64,000 nucleotides of DNA from Bacteroidales bacterium (GTDB taxonomy: Bacteria; Bacteroidota; Bacteroidia; Bacteroidales; UBA7960), in NCBI GenBank assembly GCA_035477775.1, contig DATIKH010000133.1, forward strand, positions 49,673 through 113,672. The letters run 5' to 3'. Positions 25,085-34,864 of the stretch are shown one piece after another. Both the position numbers and the translations under genes were made by a program. How positions within the stretch are numbered: position 1 is the first letter of the stretch; the number at the start of each line of letters is the position of its first letter. Under the pieces are notes generated by a model. That model did not search any database and had not been told where the DNA came from. It worked only from the letters and a program-made list of their open reading frames with translations.

Positions 25085-27130
25085 ATGAAACAGTTCATCC
25101 GATTCAAATCGGCTTTTTTCATTTTGACGGTATTCTTGCTGGCAACCGCCTGCAAACCGCGCGACAATAATGCCGTGATTCCTATCGATAGGGCCAATAT
25201 GGACTTTACGATAAATCCAGGTGATGATTTTTTCAGATTTGCTAACGGAGGATGGTTGGTGGCCAACCCCATTCCCGACGAATACAGTAGGTACGGTGCG
25301 TTCGAACAGCTGCGCAAGGCCAATGACCAACAACTTCAAGCTTTGATCTCACAGATCAGCAGCGACCTGCAGGCACAACACGGAAGCAACCGTCAGCGGA
25401 TCCGCGATTTTTTCAACACAGCCCTCGACACCGTGGCAATCGAAGAAAACGGGATTACCCCATTGCTCCCAATGATGCAAGAAATTGGCAACATGGCCAC
25501 CCGCGACGATCTGGCAAAGAAAATGGCTGATCTGCACCTTCAGGGAATCAGGCCATTGTTTTCGATCTTCGCCTCTCAGGACCGGAAAAATGCCGAGATG
25601 AACATTGCAAACATAGCACAAGGCGGCCTCGGCATGACCGACCGCGATTATTATTTTCTGAACGACCCCAGGAGCCTCGAAATTCGTGCCGCCTACGAAG
25701 CCATGATTGAAACCATGTTCGGTTTGGCAGGCTACGATGAAAATCAAAGAGTGGAAGCTCGCAAAACCATAATGGCAATTGAAACCCGGCTTGCCAGGGC
25801 CTCCATGGACAGGGTAACCCGCCGCGACCCACGTGCCACCTACAACAAAAAATCCGTCGAGCAATTACGCCGTATTTCCCCAACATTCAATTGGCAGTTG
25901 TATTTCAGTGAACTTGGAATTGCCATCGAGGACCTTAATGTATCCCAACCGGCTTTTTTCGCCGAAATGGAAAAGCTTCTGCGAGAGCATCCCCTTGAGG
26001 CTTGGAGAACTTATCTTACATGGAACCTGCTGCGCAGCTCTGCCCCTTTCCTCTCTTCTGCCTTCGAAAATGCCTCTTTCGAATTTTATGGAAGGGTTAT
26101 GACGGGAAGTCTTGCCATGCAGGAGCGCTGGCGCCGGGCATTATCATGGCTCAATAGCGCTATGGGAGAGGCTGTAGGACAGGAGTATGTAGCCATACAT
26201 TTCCCTCCGGAAGCTAAAGAGCGCATGCTCGACCTGGTGGAACATTTGCGTAAAGGTTTCTCGAAACAGATAGACCAGCTCACCTGGATGAGCGACGATA
26301 CAAAGGTACAGGCACAGAAGAAACTTGCCTCCATGAACGTGAAGATCGGGTACCCCGACAGATGGATTGATTATTCGGCAATGAATATTTCGGTACAGCC
26401 GTTTGTACTTAATGTGCTGGAGGGCAATAGGTTCAACACACGTCGCAATCTCGACCGGATTGGACAACCTGTTGACCGCGATGAATGGTTTATGAGTCCA
26501 CAAACGGTAAATGCATATTACAGCGCTTCGCTCAACGAGATTGTTTTTCCGGCAGGTATTCTGCAACCACCTTTCTTCTATCTCGAAGGCGACGATGCGG
26601 TAAATTTCGGAGCCATCGGCATGGTTATTGGCCACGAGATTATTCATGGATTCGACGATCAGGGAAGAAAATTTGACGCTGCAGGAAATCTCCGCGACTG
26701 GTGGACACCCGAAGATTCTCAAAAATTTACAACCCTTACCCAGGTGTTGGTTGACCAATTCAATAATTACGTAATGCTCGACACCCTCACGATTAATGGT
26801 CGCCTGAGCCTTGGTGAAAATATTGCCGACCTGGGTGGGCTTACCATCGCTTTCAACGGACTTCAGAGCAAATTGGCCGAAACAGGCCGTCCCGACCTTA
26901 TCGACGGGTTCACCCCCGAACAACGTTTCTTTATCTCTTATGCACAAATTTGGCGAAACAATGTCCGCCCGCAAGAGCTAAGACGACAGATAAACGAAGG
27001 GCCACACTCACCCGGCGAAGCCAGGGTAAATGGACCTGTTTACAATATGGATGTTTTTTACGAAGCATTCGATATTCAACCAGGCCAAGCCCGATTTATT
27101 GCGCCAGAAAACCGGGCAAGGATTTGGTAA
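25085..27130 (+). CDS. M13-family zinc metallopeptidase (PepO / endothelin-converting-enzyme-like), lipoprotein
   Basis: Lipobox LLATAC. NAYY motif (VNAYYSAS). Zinc site VIGHEIIHGFD. Downstream GENIADLGG. C-terminal ...ARFIAPENRARIW. Confidence 0.9.
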   Translation: MKQFIRFKSAFFILTVFLLATACKPRDNNAVIPIDRANMDFTINPGDDFFRFANGGWLVANPIPDEYSRYGAFEQLRKANDQQLQALISQISSDLQAQHGSNRQRIRDFFNTALDTVAIEENGITPLLPMMQEIGNMATRDDLAKKMADLHLQGIRPLFSIFASQDRKNAEMNIANIAQGGLGMTDRDYYFLNDPRSLEIRAAYEAMIETMFGLAGYDENQRVEARKTIMAIETRLARASMDRVTRRDPRATYNKKSVEQLRRISPTFNWQLYFSELGIAIEDLNVSQPAFFAEMEKLLREHPLEAWRTYLTWNLLRSSAPFLSSAFENASFEFYGRVMTGSLAMQERWRRALSWLNSAMGEAVGQEYVAIHFPPEAKERMLDLVEHLRKGFSKQIDQLTWMSDDTKVQAQKKLASMNVKIGYPDRWIDYSAMNISVQPFVLNVLEGNRFNTRRNLDRIGQPVDRDEWFMSPQTVNAYYSASLNEIVFPAGILQPPFFYLEGDDAVNFGAIGMVIGHEIIHGFDDQGRKFDAAGNLRDWWTPEDSQKFTTLTQVLVDQFNNYVMLDTLTINGRLSLGENIADLGGLTIAFNGLQSKLAETGRPDLIDGFTPEQRFFISYAQIWRNNVRPQELRRQINEGPHSPGEARVNGPVYNMDVFYEAFDIQPGQARFIAPENRARIW

Positions 27131-27151
27131 ATCGATTAATTCTTGAATCCG

Positions 27152-27189
27152 CAGGAGGGAATCACCATGCTTCCCTCCTGTTCTTTTTT
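27152..27189 (+). terminator. Rho-independent terminator after the M13 peptidase gene
   Basis: 10-bp stem caggagggaa (27152..27161) / ttccctcctg (27171..27180) with a 9-nt loop, followed by ttctttttta. Confidence 0.75.
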
Positions 27190-27245
27190 ATAGCGTTGCA
27201 TTCTCCAATTCTTTTGCAAGCAATTCTGCTGTAGTTTTCTGAATT

Positions 27246-27273
27246 TTTGTCCTTTGCTTTTTTCGTACTTTTG
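27246..27273 (+). promoter_or_regulatory. Candidate promoter for ruvX-def-M16-methyltransferase (TTTG-N16-TACTTTTG)
   Basis: TACTTTTG at 27266..27273 matches TAnnTTTG and ends 21 nt before the ATG at 27295. TTTG lies at 27246..27249. The spacer is shorter than the preferred ~19 nt. Confidence 0.35.
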
Positions 27274-27294
27274 CAAAATCTATTTTTTACCCTG

Positions 27295-27726
27295 ATGGGA
27301 AGAATCCTTGCAATAGATTATGGCCAAAAACGAGTGGGCATAGCGGTAACTGACGAATTGCAAATCATTGCAAACGGATTAACTACCATTCATGTTAAAG
27401 ACCTCATGCCGTTTCTGAAAAATTACTGCATCAAAGAATCCGTCGAATGCATTGTTGTTGGTCAACCTCTTGATATGCAGGGGAAGCCCTCGGACGCTGC
27501 CAGATTTGTGGAACCTTTTGTAAAAAATCTGCGCAAGCAGTTTCCTGAAATGAGGATTGAGCGTGCCGATGAAAGGTTTACTTCACATATCGCAAAACAA
27601 ACCATGCTCGATGCAGGGCTAAGTAAAAAGGCCCGGCAAAACAAGGCGCTGGCCGATACCATCAGCGCAACATTAATTCTACAATCATACCTCGAATCCC
27701 AAACAATCCGCCCGAAACTGTCATGA
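27295..27726 (+). CDS. ruvX: Holliday junction resolvase-like protein RuvX (YqgF)
   Basis: MGRILAIDYGQKRVGIAVTD ... VVGQPLDMQG ... DERFTS. The track ORF starts at an upstream TTG (27247); the ATG at 27295 gives the canonical N-terminus. Confidence 0.9.
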   Translation: MGRILAIDYGQKRVGIAVTDELQIIANGLTTIHVKDLMPFLKNYCIKESVECIVVGQPLDMQGKPSDAARFVEPFVKNLRKQFPEMRIERADERFTSHIAKQTMLDAGLSKKARQNKALADTISATLILQSYLESQTIRPKLS

Positions 27727-28286
27727 TATTACCTATTGTTGCATACGGGGATCCCGTGTTGAAAACCAAGGCCCTGCCGATTGAAAAAGATTTTCAGGGA
27801 CTCGAATCCCTCCTGTCCGATATGTGGGAAACCATGTACCACGCCAGCGGTGTAGGTCTGGCAGCCCCCCAGATTGGTAAAAGCATCCGATTGTTTATTG
27901 TCGATGCAAGTCCTTTTGAAGATGAGGAACCTGCATTGAAAGATTTCAAAAAAGTCTTTATCAACCCGCTCATCACCGAACAATGGGGAACGGAATGGGT
28001 GTTCAACGAAGGCTGCCTGAGCTTTCCGGAATTGCGCGAAGATATTTACCGCAAACCCAACTTACGTTTGAGCTACCTCGATGAGCAGTTTAATCCGCAT
28101 GAGGAAGTATTCACCGGCCTTGCAGCCCGTATCATTCAGCACGAGTACGATCACATCGAAGGGGTAGTGATGACCGACCGCTTAACACCCCTGAAAAGAA
28201 CCCTTTTACGCAACCGGCTTCTCAGGATATCGAAAGGTGAAGTAGATGCCGGATATCCCATGAAGTATCCTCTCAAAAAGCGATGA
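27723..28286 (+). CDS. def: Peptide deformylase
   Basis: GVGLAAPQIG, EGCLSFP and QHEYDHIEG motifs. 4-nt ATGA overlap with ruvX. Confidence 0.95.
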   Translation: MILPIVAYGDPVLKTKALPIEKDFQGLESLLSDMWETMYHASGVGLAAPQIGKSIRLFIVDASPFEDEEPALKDFKKVFINPLITEQWGTEWVFNEGCLSFPELREDIYRKPNLRLSYLDEQFNPHEEVFTGLAARIIQHEYDHIEGVVMTDRLTPLKRTLLRNRLLRISKGEVDAGYPMKYPLKKR

Positions 28287-29509
28287 TTTATCAGACCTAC
28301 CGGATGTCCAACGGCATTCGTCTTGTTCACAAGGAAACCAAGTCGGAGGTTGCCCATTGCGGGTTGTATATCAACGCCGGCTCGCGCGACGAAGACCCAA
28401 ATGAGCAAGGCTTAGCTCATTTTGTGGAGCATGTTTTGTTTAAAGGAACCCAGAAGCGGCATGCACACCATATTCTCAGCAACATGGAAAATGTTGGTGG
28501 CGAAATGAATGCCTTTACCACCAAGGAGGACACCTGCCTGCACGCTTCCTTTTTGCACCAGTATTACGCCCGGTGGTTCGATCTGGTTTCCGATATACTT
28601 TTTAAAAGTGTTTTTCCGGCTAAAGAATTACAAAAAGAAAAAGACATCATCATCGATGAGATTAATTCCTGTAAGGACAATCCGGGCGAGCAGATCTTCG
28701 ACGATTTCGACGGAGTAATATTTGCAGGGCATTCTCTTGGTCGCAACATTTTGGGAACTCCGGCACACCTTCGGAAATTTAATAAAAAGCACATCGAAAA
28801 CTTTATTATGCGCACTTATGCCAGCGAGGAAATGGTTTTAAGCTCGGTGGGCCGGATCAGGTTTAACGATTTGATCCGTTTGGCGCAAAAGTATTTTGGG
28901 CATGTGCCTTCAACCGTCCGTCAGAATGATCGCACCGCATTTACAGGATATGCAGCCTCCGAGAAAACCGTAAAACGAAACAACCACCAGGCCCATTGCA
29001 TTTTGGGCGCTCCTGCATATCATGCATCTCATACCCACAAGACCGCAATGATTTTACTGAATAACATTCTTGGTGGCCCAGGTTTAAATTCGCGGCTCAA
29101 TATGGCGGTGCGCGAAAAACACGGCTTTTGTTATACCATCGAAAGCAATTACCAACCCTATTCCGACACAGGCATTTTTTCCATTTACTTTGGAACCGGA
29201 CCCGACGATGTAAGCAAGACCCTATCGCTTATTTACAAAGAATTGGGTCGTTTAAGGAACGAAACCCTGGGAACACTGCAGTTGGCCAGAGCCAAGAGGC
29301 AGTTAGCCGGGCAAATTGCCATCTCGCTCGAATCGAACATGGCCGAAATGATATCAATCGGAAAAAGTCTCCAGCTTTACGACAAGGTTGACAGCCTGGA
29401 GGAAATTTATCAACGGATCGATTCGGTAACTGCAAATGAAGTGCTCGAAACAGCCCGCGAAATTTTGGAACCTGCGAAGCTGAGCATGCTAACTTACAAG
29501 CCGCGCTGA
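28283..29509 (+). CDS. M16-family (pitrilysin/insulinase-like) zinc peptidase
   Basis: Inverted zinc motif HFVEHVLFKGT. 408 aa. 4-nt overlap with def. Confidence 0.85.
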   Translation: MIYQTYRMSNGIRLVHKETKSEVAHCGLYINAGSRDEDPNEQGLAHFVEHVLFKGTQKRHAHHILSNMENVGGEMNAFTTKEDTCLHASFLHQYYARWFDLVSDILFKSVFPAKELQKEKDIIIDEINSCKDNPGEQIFDDFDGVIFAGHSLGRNILGTPAHLRKFNKKHIENFIMRTYASEEMVLSSVGRIRFNDLIRLAQKYFGHVPSTVRQNDRTAFTGYAASEKTVKRNNHQAHCILGAPAYHASHTHKTAMILLNNILGGPGLNSRLNMAVREKHGFCYTIESNYQPYSDTGIFSIYFGTGPDDVSKTLSLIYKELGRLRNETLGTLQLARAKRQLAGQIAISLESNMAEMISIGKSLQLYDKVDSLEEIYQRIDSVTANEVLETAREILEPAKLSMLTYKPR

Positions 29510-29510
29510 C

Positions 29511-30146
29511 ATGATTTCGGATGAAATAGAACAATATGCACGCGACATGAGCAACCCGGAACCTCCGGTTCTGAGCAGGCTGAGTCGCGAAACCCACGCC
29601 AAAATACTCAGGCCGCGTATGCTTTCGGGGCACATCCAGGGAGAGTTGCTACGCTTTATCAGTTGCCTGAAACCTTCGCGGCGAATACTTGAAATAGGAA
29701 CCTATACGGGATATTCTGCAATCTGCCTTGCACAAGGCCTTACACATGATGGGGTTTTGCATACCATAGACTGCAATCCCGAATTGGAAGATTTTGCCAA
29801 ACAATTCTTTGACGAGGCCGGATTGAAAAGTAAAATAGTAATGCATATCGGCAATGCACTTGAGGTGATTCCTCAACTCAAGGAAATGTTCGACCTGGTT
29901 TTTATAGATGCTGATAAAGAAAACTATATAAACTACTTTGACCTGGTTTACCCGAAAATTCCTTCGGGAGGAATCATATTGGCCGACAATGTGCTATGGG
30001 ATGGAAAGGTTTTGCAAAAGCCTGCTGAAAACGATTCCGAAACTCTCGGAATCATACGGTTTAATGAATATGTGAAAAATCATCAGGGAGTCAGCAAAGT
30101 GATACTTCCCTATCGTGACGGGCTGAGTCTGATCAGGAAAAAATAA
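29511..30146 (+). CDS. Class I SAM-dependent O-methyltransferase (family 3, YrrM/caffeoyl-CoA OMT-like)
   Basis: ILEIGTYTGYSAICLA ... HTIDCNPE ... FDLVFIDADKENY ... GGIILADNVLWDGKV. Confidence 0.85.
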   Translation: MISDEIEQYARDMSNPEPPVLSRLSRETHAKILRPRMLSGHIQGELLRFISCLKPSRRILEIGTYTGYSAICLAQGLTHDGVLHTIDCNPELEDFAKQFFDEAGLKSKIVMHIGNALEVIPQLKEMFDLVFIDADKENYINYFDLVYPKIPSGGIILADNVLWDGKVLQKPAENDSETLGIIRFNEYVKNHQGVSKVILPYRDGLSLIRKK

Positions 30147-30208
30147 GCCGGCCCGGTTAGATAATCAAAACCCTCCCTAAAAACTTCCGGCAGGTAAAAA
30201 ACAACTGG

Positions 30209-31087
30209 TCATGTTGCGATCAAAGACATAATAGCTTCTGCAACTTTTTCCATCTGCCACTGCGGGGTAGAGGTGGCTCCGCAAACTCCGGCGCTTCTGG
30301 CGCCAGAAAACCAGGATTTCTGAAGTTCGCTTTCGTTTTCAATTTTATATGTTCTGGAATTTACGGATTGGGCAAGGCCATAAAGGTATTTTCCATTCGA
30401 ACTGTTGGCTCCGCCAACAAAAACAATTACATCGTGTCTGCCGGAAAATTGTTTTATGGCAGGTCCTCGCTTCGATACCTGCCGGCAGATTGAATTTTCC
30501 ACTTTCAAAAACACATCGGGATTCAATCCGGCCTCCCTGAACCGATTGGCAATATAGGTTTTTAACTCCTCATATCGCTCAACACTTTGAGTGGTCTGGC
30601 TAAAAAGCCGCACAGGTTTGCTGAAATCGATTTTATCAAGGTCGGCTTGGATGTCTGAAATCACAATGGCCTGATATTGAATACCGCCATTCAACCCAAT
30701 GATTTCAGGATGGTCTTGTTTGCCAAAAATCACGATCTGATTTTCAGGTTGGTTCAACCAGGTGTTTTTAATTTTTTTTTGAAGAGCCAATACCACCGGA
30801 CAAGTGGCATCAATCAGGTGGGTTCCCGATTTCTTAATTATTTCATAAGTTTCGGGGGGTTCGCCGTGGGCCCTTATCAGAACGGCTTTTCCAGCAATGG
30901 TTTGCAATTGGGAAGTGTTTGTTTCACGAAGGCCCATGTCGCTGAGTCGGGCATTTTCACCGGGATTATGCACAATATGCCCAAGGGAGTAAACAGGCAA
31001 ATCCTTTTGCAGCGCCTTTTCTGCGGCCTTGATAGCCTTCTCCACTCCAAAACAAAATCCGGCGTTAGGGTCAATTTCAACGATCAT
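30209..31087 (-). CDS. ispH: 4-hydroxy-3-methylbut-2-enyl diphosphate reductase
   Basis: MIVEIDPNAGFCFGVEKAI ... LGHIVHNP ... IDATCPVV ... FSQTTQS. The start is set at the ATG at 31087. The track's upstream extension would run into porQ. Confidence 0.9.
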   Translation of the reverse strand: MIVEIDPNAGFCFGVEKAIKAAEKALQKDLPVYSLGHIVHNPGENARLSDMGLRETNTSQLQTIAGKAVLIRAHGEPPETYEIIKKSGTHLIDATCPVVLALQKKIKNTWLNQPENQIVIFGKQDHPEIIGLNGGIQYQAIVISDIQADLDKIDFSKPVRLFSQTTQSVERYEELKTYIANRFREAGLNPDVFLKVENSICRQVSKRGPAIKQFSGRHDVIVFVGGANSSNGKYLYGLAQSVNSRTYKIENESELQKSWFSGARSAGVCGATSTPQWQMEKVAEAIMSLIAT

Positions 31088-32171
31088 ACTCTTCGCTTTG
31101 AGCAGGCATCGGGGCACCCCAGTTGAACAGGTCGCTGATCCTCGTACTTACAGTAATATGATTCGGAGCGCCTGCAAGATGATATGCCGAACGTCCGTAG
31201 CTAAAATGAAATCTTGAAATTTTCAAACCAAACCCCCATGAAAATCCAACGGTGGAAATACGGGTATCAACTTTCAATTCCTGCCGGCGACGGTAATTGT
31301 ACCCGACACGTATGCTGAAATTTCTTGTTGGTAAAAATTCGGCACCCAACACAACGTGCCTGAGTAATTTGTCGGCAAACTCGCTTACGCGGTCGCCTGC
31401 TGTCTGCTGTTGCACCTGTTCTTGAAAATTCGGATCAGGCGGCAACAAGGGAGAGGTGTAGGTGAGGTTGAAGCGGTGCAAGTTATGCAATGCCAGGGAG
31501 AAACGCAGCGGGGCCTTGGGCAATTGTTTGGAGACTCCAAAAACCAGGTCGAATGGCAGACGTTCTCTCTGGTTTGGGTTGAAGTGGGTAATCTGCCTTC
31601 CTGCATTACGTGCAACCAGTCCTGCAGCAATAAGCCTGTCGGGGTCAAAATAAGTAAGCGAAACGTCAACTGCTAGCCCCATCGAGTTGTATAGGTGTAG
31701 TGAGGAGAATATTATTTTAAGATTGCTTCCGATAGCCCACCGCTCGCTGAGCGGTCTTCCCCAACCGACCATAAAACTATACTCTCCGGCAGTGAAATTG
31801 CCGAGTTCCTGACCGATTATGTCCGTTTCGGTAAACTGACCGTAATCAATAAACTGCATTGCGGCACTAAAGGTGCCTGTTTCTCCGAAATTGCGGGCAA
31901 AAGCCACGGTGCCGTAATTGATATCAGAAAAGTAATCGACAAAATTCAATGTAAGAAAATTGCTTACCTCGGGGCGCAGCAGCGATGGAAAAAAAAGGGC
32001 TGATTCCAGATCGGCATCCAGGCTCGGAATGGCGTATCCGCCAAGTGCTGTTATTCTGGCAGAGATGGGCAATCCCAGAAACTCATATACCCTGCCACTT
32101 TGCTGTGCAATAACATTCTTTGGCAACATAAGCCAACAAAAAACCGCCAGATAAGGGATGATTTTTAGCAC
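31077..32171 (-). CDS. porQ: Type IX secretion system outer-membrane protein PorQ
   Basis: Signal peptide, then GRVYEFLGLPISARITALGGYAIPSLDADLESALFFPSLL, the N-terminal PorQ-type motif as I remember it. A beta-barrel-like alternating pattern runs to the C-terminus. The 3' end overlaps the ispH start by 11 nt. Confidence 0.65.
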   Translation of the reverse strand: MLKIIPYLAVFCWLMLPKNVIAQQSGRVYEFLGLPISARITALGGYAIPSLDADLESALFFPSLLRPEVSNFLTLNFVDYFSDINYGTVAFARNFGETGTFSAAMQFIDYGQFTETDIIGQELGNFTAGEYSFMVGWGRPLSERWAIGSNLKIIFSSLHLYNSMGLAVDVSLTYFDPDRLIAAGLVARNAGRQITHFNPNQRERLPFDLVFGVSKQLPKAPLRFSLALHNLHRFNLTYTSPLLPPDPNFQEQVQQQTAGDRVSEFADKLLRHVVLGAEFLPTRNFSIRVGYNYRRRQELKVDTRISTVGFSWGFGLKISRFHFSYGRSAYHLAGAPNHITVSTRISDLFNWGAPMPAQSEEYDR

Positions 32172-32238
32172 AGCAGCAACATTTAAAGGTACGGTTTACA
32201 AAAATAACATATTGTAAAACGTCATTGCAGAATAATTC

Positions 32239-32829
32239 TTAGGAGGCCAGGGTTCGCAAGGCCGCATCGATGGTTAATACCTGAGGAATGACCGGCCTCA
32301 GATCGTTATTTTCGATAACAAAATCGGCCCTGGTCAACAGATAGTCCTGATCCAATTGGTTGGCAGCCCTGCGCATCACATCTGCACGTGAAGTATGATC
32401 ACGCTGGATTACCCTGTTCAGGCGAAGTTCGAGCGGAGCAGTTACCAAAATAATTTTATGAAAATTGCCCGAAAGGTTTGCTTCATACAAAATAGCTGAT
32501 TCCATCATTACATAAGCCGGTTTTGTTTGCTGTGCTACCCAACGGCTATAATCCTGAATTACCCTTGGATGGATTATCTTGTTGAGCAATTCCAATTTTT
32601 CTTTATGAGAAAATACTTCGGCAGCAAGTGCCTTGCGGTCAATCTGAAAATTTTTATCAATGTATTTTTCACCAAAAATACGCCCCACCTCCTCAACAAC
32701 TTCTTTTTCATGCATTATGTGCCTTGCGAACACATCGGCACGGTACACCGGGATCCCTAAACACTCAAAAACAAGTGCTACTGTAGATTTGCCGCTTCCA
32801 ATATTGCCGGTAAGGCCGATTTGAAGCAT
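32239..32829 (-). CDS. coaE: Dephospho-CoA kinase
   Basis: MLQIGLTGNIGSGKSTVA (P-loop) ... VYRADVFARHIM ... IIHPRV. Start at the ATG at 32829, 10 nt after the upstream gene's stop. Confidence 0.9.
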   Translation of the reverse strand: MLQIGLTGNIGSGKSTVALVFECLGIPVYRADVFARHIMHEKEVVEEVGRIFGEKYIDKNFQIDRKALAAEVFSHKEKLELLNKIIHPRVIQDYSRWVAQQTKPAYVMMESAILYEANLSGNFHKIILVTAPLELRLNRVIQRDHTSRADVMRRAANQLDQDYLLTRADFVIENNDLRPVIPQVLTIDAALRTLAS

Positions 32830-32839
32830 TTTATGATGT

Positions 32840-33850
32840 TTAGGGTTGTTTAAGAAATTCAACCTGTGGAGGTTCTATGGAAACTATCTGAACAAATGGA
32901 GGCATTCTTCCGATATGAACATCCAGTCGCTTGGTAGCAGGAGGTAGTTCTATTGGGCAATTCACATAAGCTTCAACCAAAGTTGTGTCAATCGATTCAA
33001 TGAACTTTTTGGACGCCAAAAGTGTAATGGTTACCCTGTTGGGAAAAAGGATGACTTCGGAGCCTCTGAAACCTTCTGAATCCTGGCGCCTAATCCCTAA
33101 TGGTAATTCAAGGGAGGTTTGCAAAAATTCTCCTACCGGAATGAAAATTTCGACCTGATTAGTTCCCAGCGAAAGTCCTTTCTCCAAGGCAGGGTTTACC
33201 AGGTCAACCAAATTGATTGCTTCCTTATCCAGGTTTACAAGCACCATAGGATGAGTATGGATGGCTGACAAAGTGTCAACCACATTTCTTGGGCCACGCA
33301 CTTTAATACTGTCGGGTTCAATCCTCAGGTGGTCTGTTTGGCCAAAGCCCTTAGAAAAGGACAAGGATACATTGGCCAAAACGGAAACCATTTTTTCGGC
33401 TGCAAACGAAAACCTAACATAAACGGTATCGGGTGATACATTTATAACAAACTTTTCGGCATCGAGCCTATTGGCCATTTGCCTGATAAGTTTTGTGGAA
33501 GGTATAATAAACAAAGGTTCACCGCCTTCCGCAATGGGAGCTAACTGCCTTGCATCAAATACTAAGGTATCGTTTGCCAGAAAAAAATTCTGAACGAGCA
33601 GCCGTAATCCGGTAGCTCGCATGGTAAATTGCACTTTCCGTTGACTCAAATGCGAAACGACCACTTCCTCGGGCACATTCGACACCGCTATTGGCTGCTC
33701 GATGACCATCTCGGCTTCGCGCGAGAGTTTGATAAAAAGCCAAAAGAAAGCGCTACAAAACAAGCACAGGAGAAAAAAGTACAGTTTTTTCTTTCCGTCG
33801 GGTTCGCGGTATTGATTTAAAAGACGACGAAGAAAAATTTTTCCTTTCAC
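32840..33850 (-). CDS. YbbR-like domain-containing membrane-anchored protein (tentative)
   Basis: A single N-terminal TM helix (LYFFLLCLFCSAFFWLFIKL) followed by beta-rich repeats. Its position between yajC and coaE is the one usually occupied by a YbbR-like gene in Bacteroidota. The call rests mostly on context. Confidence 0.45.
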   Translation of the reverse strand: MKGKIFLRRLLNQYREPDGKKKLYFFLLCLFCSAFFWLFIKLSREAEMVIEQPIAVSNVPEEVVVSHLSQRKVQFTMRATGLRLLVQNFFLANDTLVFDARQLAPIAEGGEPLFIIPSTKLIRQMANRLDAEKFVINVSPDTVYVRFSFAAEKMVSVLANVSLSFSKGFGQTDHLRIEPDSIKVRGPRNVVDTLSAIHTHPMVLVNLDKEAINLVDLVNPALEKGLSLGTNQVEIFIPVGEFLQTSLELPLGIRRQDSEGFRGSEVILFPNRVTITLLASKKFIESIDTTLVEAYVNCPIELPPATKRLDVHIGRMPPFVQIVSIEPPQVEFLKQP

Positions 33851-33949
33851 CTGATTGATTCTTTTTTTTAAAAAACCGGAAAGCCCTTGTTTTACCTGGG
33901 TGCAGGTTGAACAAAGGCCATCCAGCAGTCCGGCAATTTTCTAAAATTA

Positions 33950-34285
33950 CTATCTGTTTTCGCCCAAATTTTCGGCAACTGTATTCTGGGCAACAGCAGA
34001 TTTCTCTATTTTAAGCCTGTTCTGGCCTTCAACTTCGATAATGATGGTTTTTTCTTGTATTTCGAGTATTTTACCATGAATACCACCAATGGTAATAATC
34101 TTGTCGCCCTTCTTCAGGTTTTCACGGAATTTATTCAACTCTTTCTGCCTCCGCATTTGCGGCCTGATGAAAAAGAAATAAAACACCACGATGATTAGTA
34201 TCAATGGAAGAAACGCTCCGATTCCGCCAGTTCCCTCGGCAGGAGGAGTCATGAGGATAATTGTGTTCAAAAGACTCATATTCAA
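33950..34285 (-). CDS. yajC: Preprotein translocase subunit YajC
   Basis: [49 protein letters not shown]. Confidence 0.9.
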   Translation of the reverse strand: MNMSLLNTIILMTPPAEGTGGIGAFLPLILIIVVFYFFFIRPQMRRQKELNKFRENLKKGDKIITIGGIHGKILEIQEKTIIIEVEGQNRLKIEKSAVAQNTVAENLGENR

Positions 34286-34306
34286 ATGATTTAATGGTTA
34301 AAAAAA

Positions 34307-34753
34307 CTATTGTTCGATTACTTCAACATTTATCTGCAAGAGTTGCTCCTGAGGCTCGGCATTGGTTACCACCCTGATGGTTTCGGAAATTGAGCCCCAT
34401 CTGCCACCACTGTCGAATCGTACCTGAATCCGCCCCTCCCCTCCTGGTGGAATTGCCTCCCGGGTATATTCGCCAACCACGCAAACACAACCACTTTGCG
34501 TGCTTATTATGATGAGAGGGGCATCGCCGGTGTTGCTGACTCTAAATGAATAGGTAACAATTTCGCCGCTGAATATTTTTCCAAAATCATGTAAGGTTTT
34601 AGCAAAGGTGGCAATTGGCATTCCGGCAGATTCACCGGCAGGTACTTGACGGGTATTGGTGCCCGAACCACCCCCGCACGAAAGCAATAAAGGGGAAACA
34701 AATCCAAGTATCACTAAAAACAGCTTCATTTTTAATATGCGAGGTGTTTTCAT
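34307..34753 (-). CDS. DUF1573 domain-containing lipoprotein
   Basis: Lipobox LLLSC. HDFGKIFSGEIVTYSFRVSNTGDAPLII ... CVCV ... PPGGEGRIQVRFD. An alternative start at ATG 34729 (MKLFLVILGF) is possible. Confidence 0.75.
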   Translation of the reverse strand: MKTPRILKMKLFLVILGFVSPLLLSCGGGSGTNTRQVPAGESAGMPIATFAKTLHDFGKIFSGEIVTYSFRVSNTGDAPLIIISTQSGCVCVVGEYTREAIPPGGEGRIQVRFDSGGRWGSISETIRVVTNAEPQEQLLQINVEVIEQ

Positions 34754-34864
34754 TGAGAAATCTTTAAATCCGTTATCCGTTAACTTTTTCCCTGAATTCA
34801 GATTGCTTTAACCCGGGAAAAAACCATCCATGCAAAGGTAAGAGATTTCAACAGGTTAAAATCC

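Noticed and set aside
25349-26974. Long minus-strand ORFs (171, 112 and 276 aa) antisense to the M13 peptidase gene
   Set aside because: The plus-strand frame encodes a complete M13 peptidase with HExxH and the other family motifs. The antisense translations are low-complexity, Arg/Cys/His-rich nonsense.
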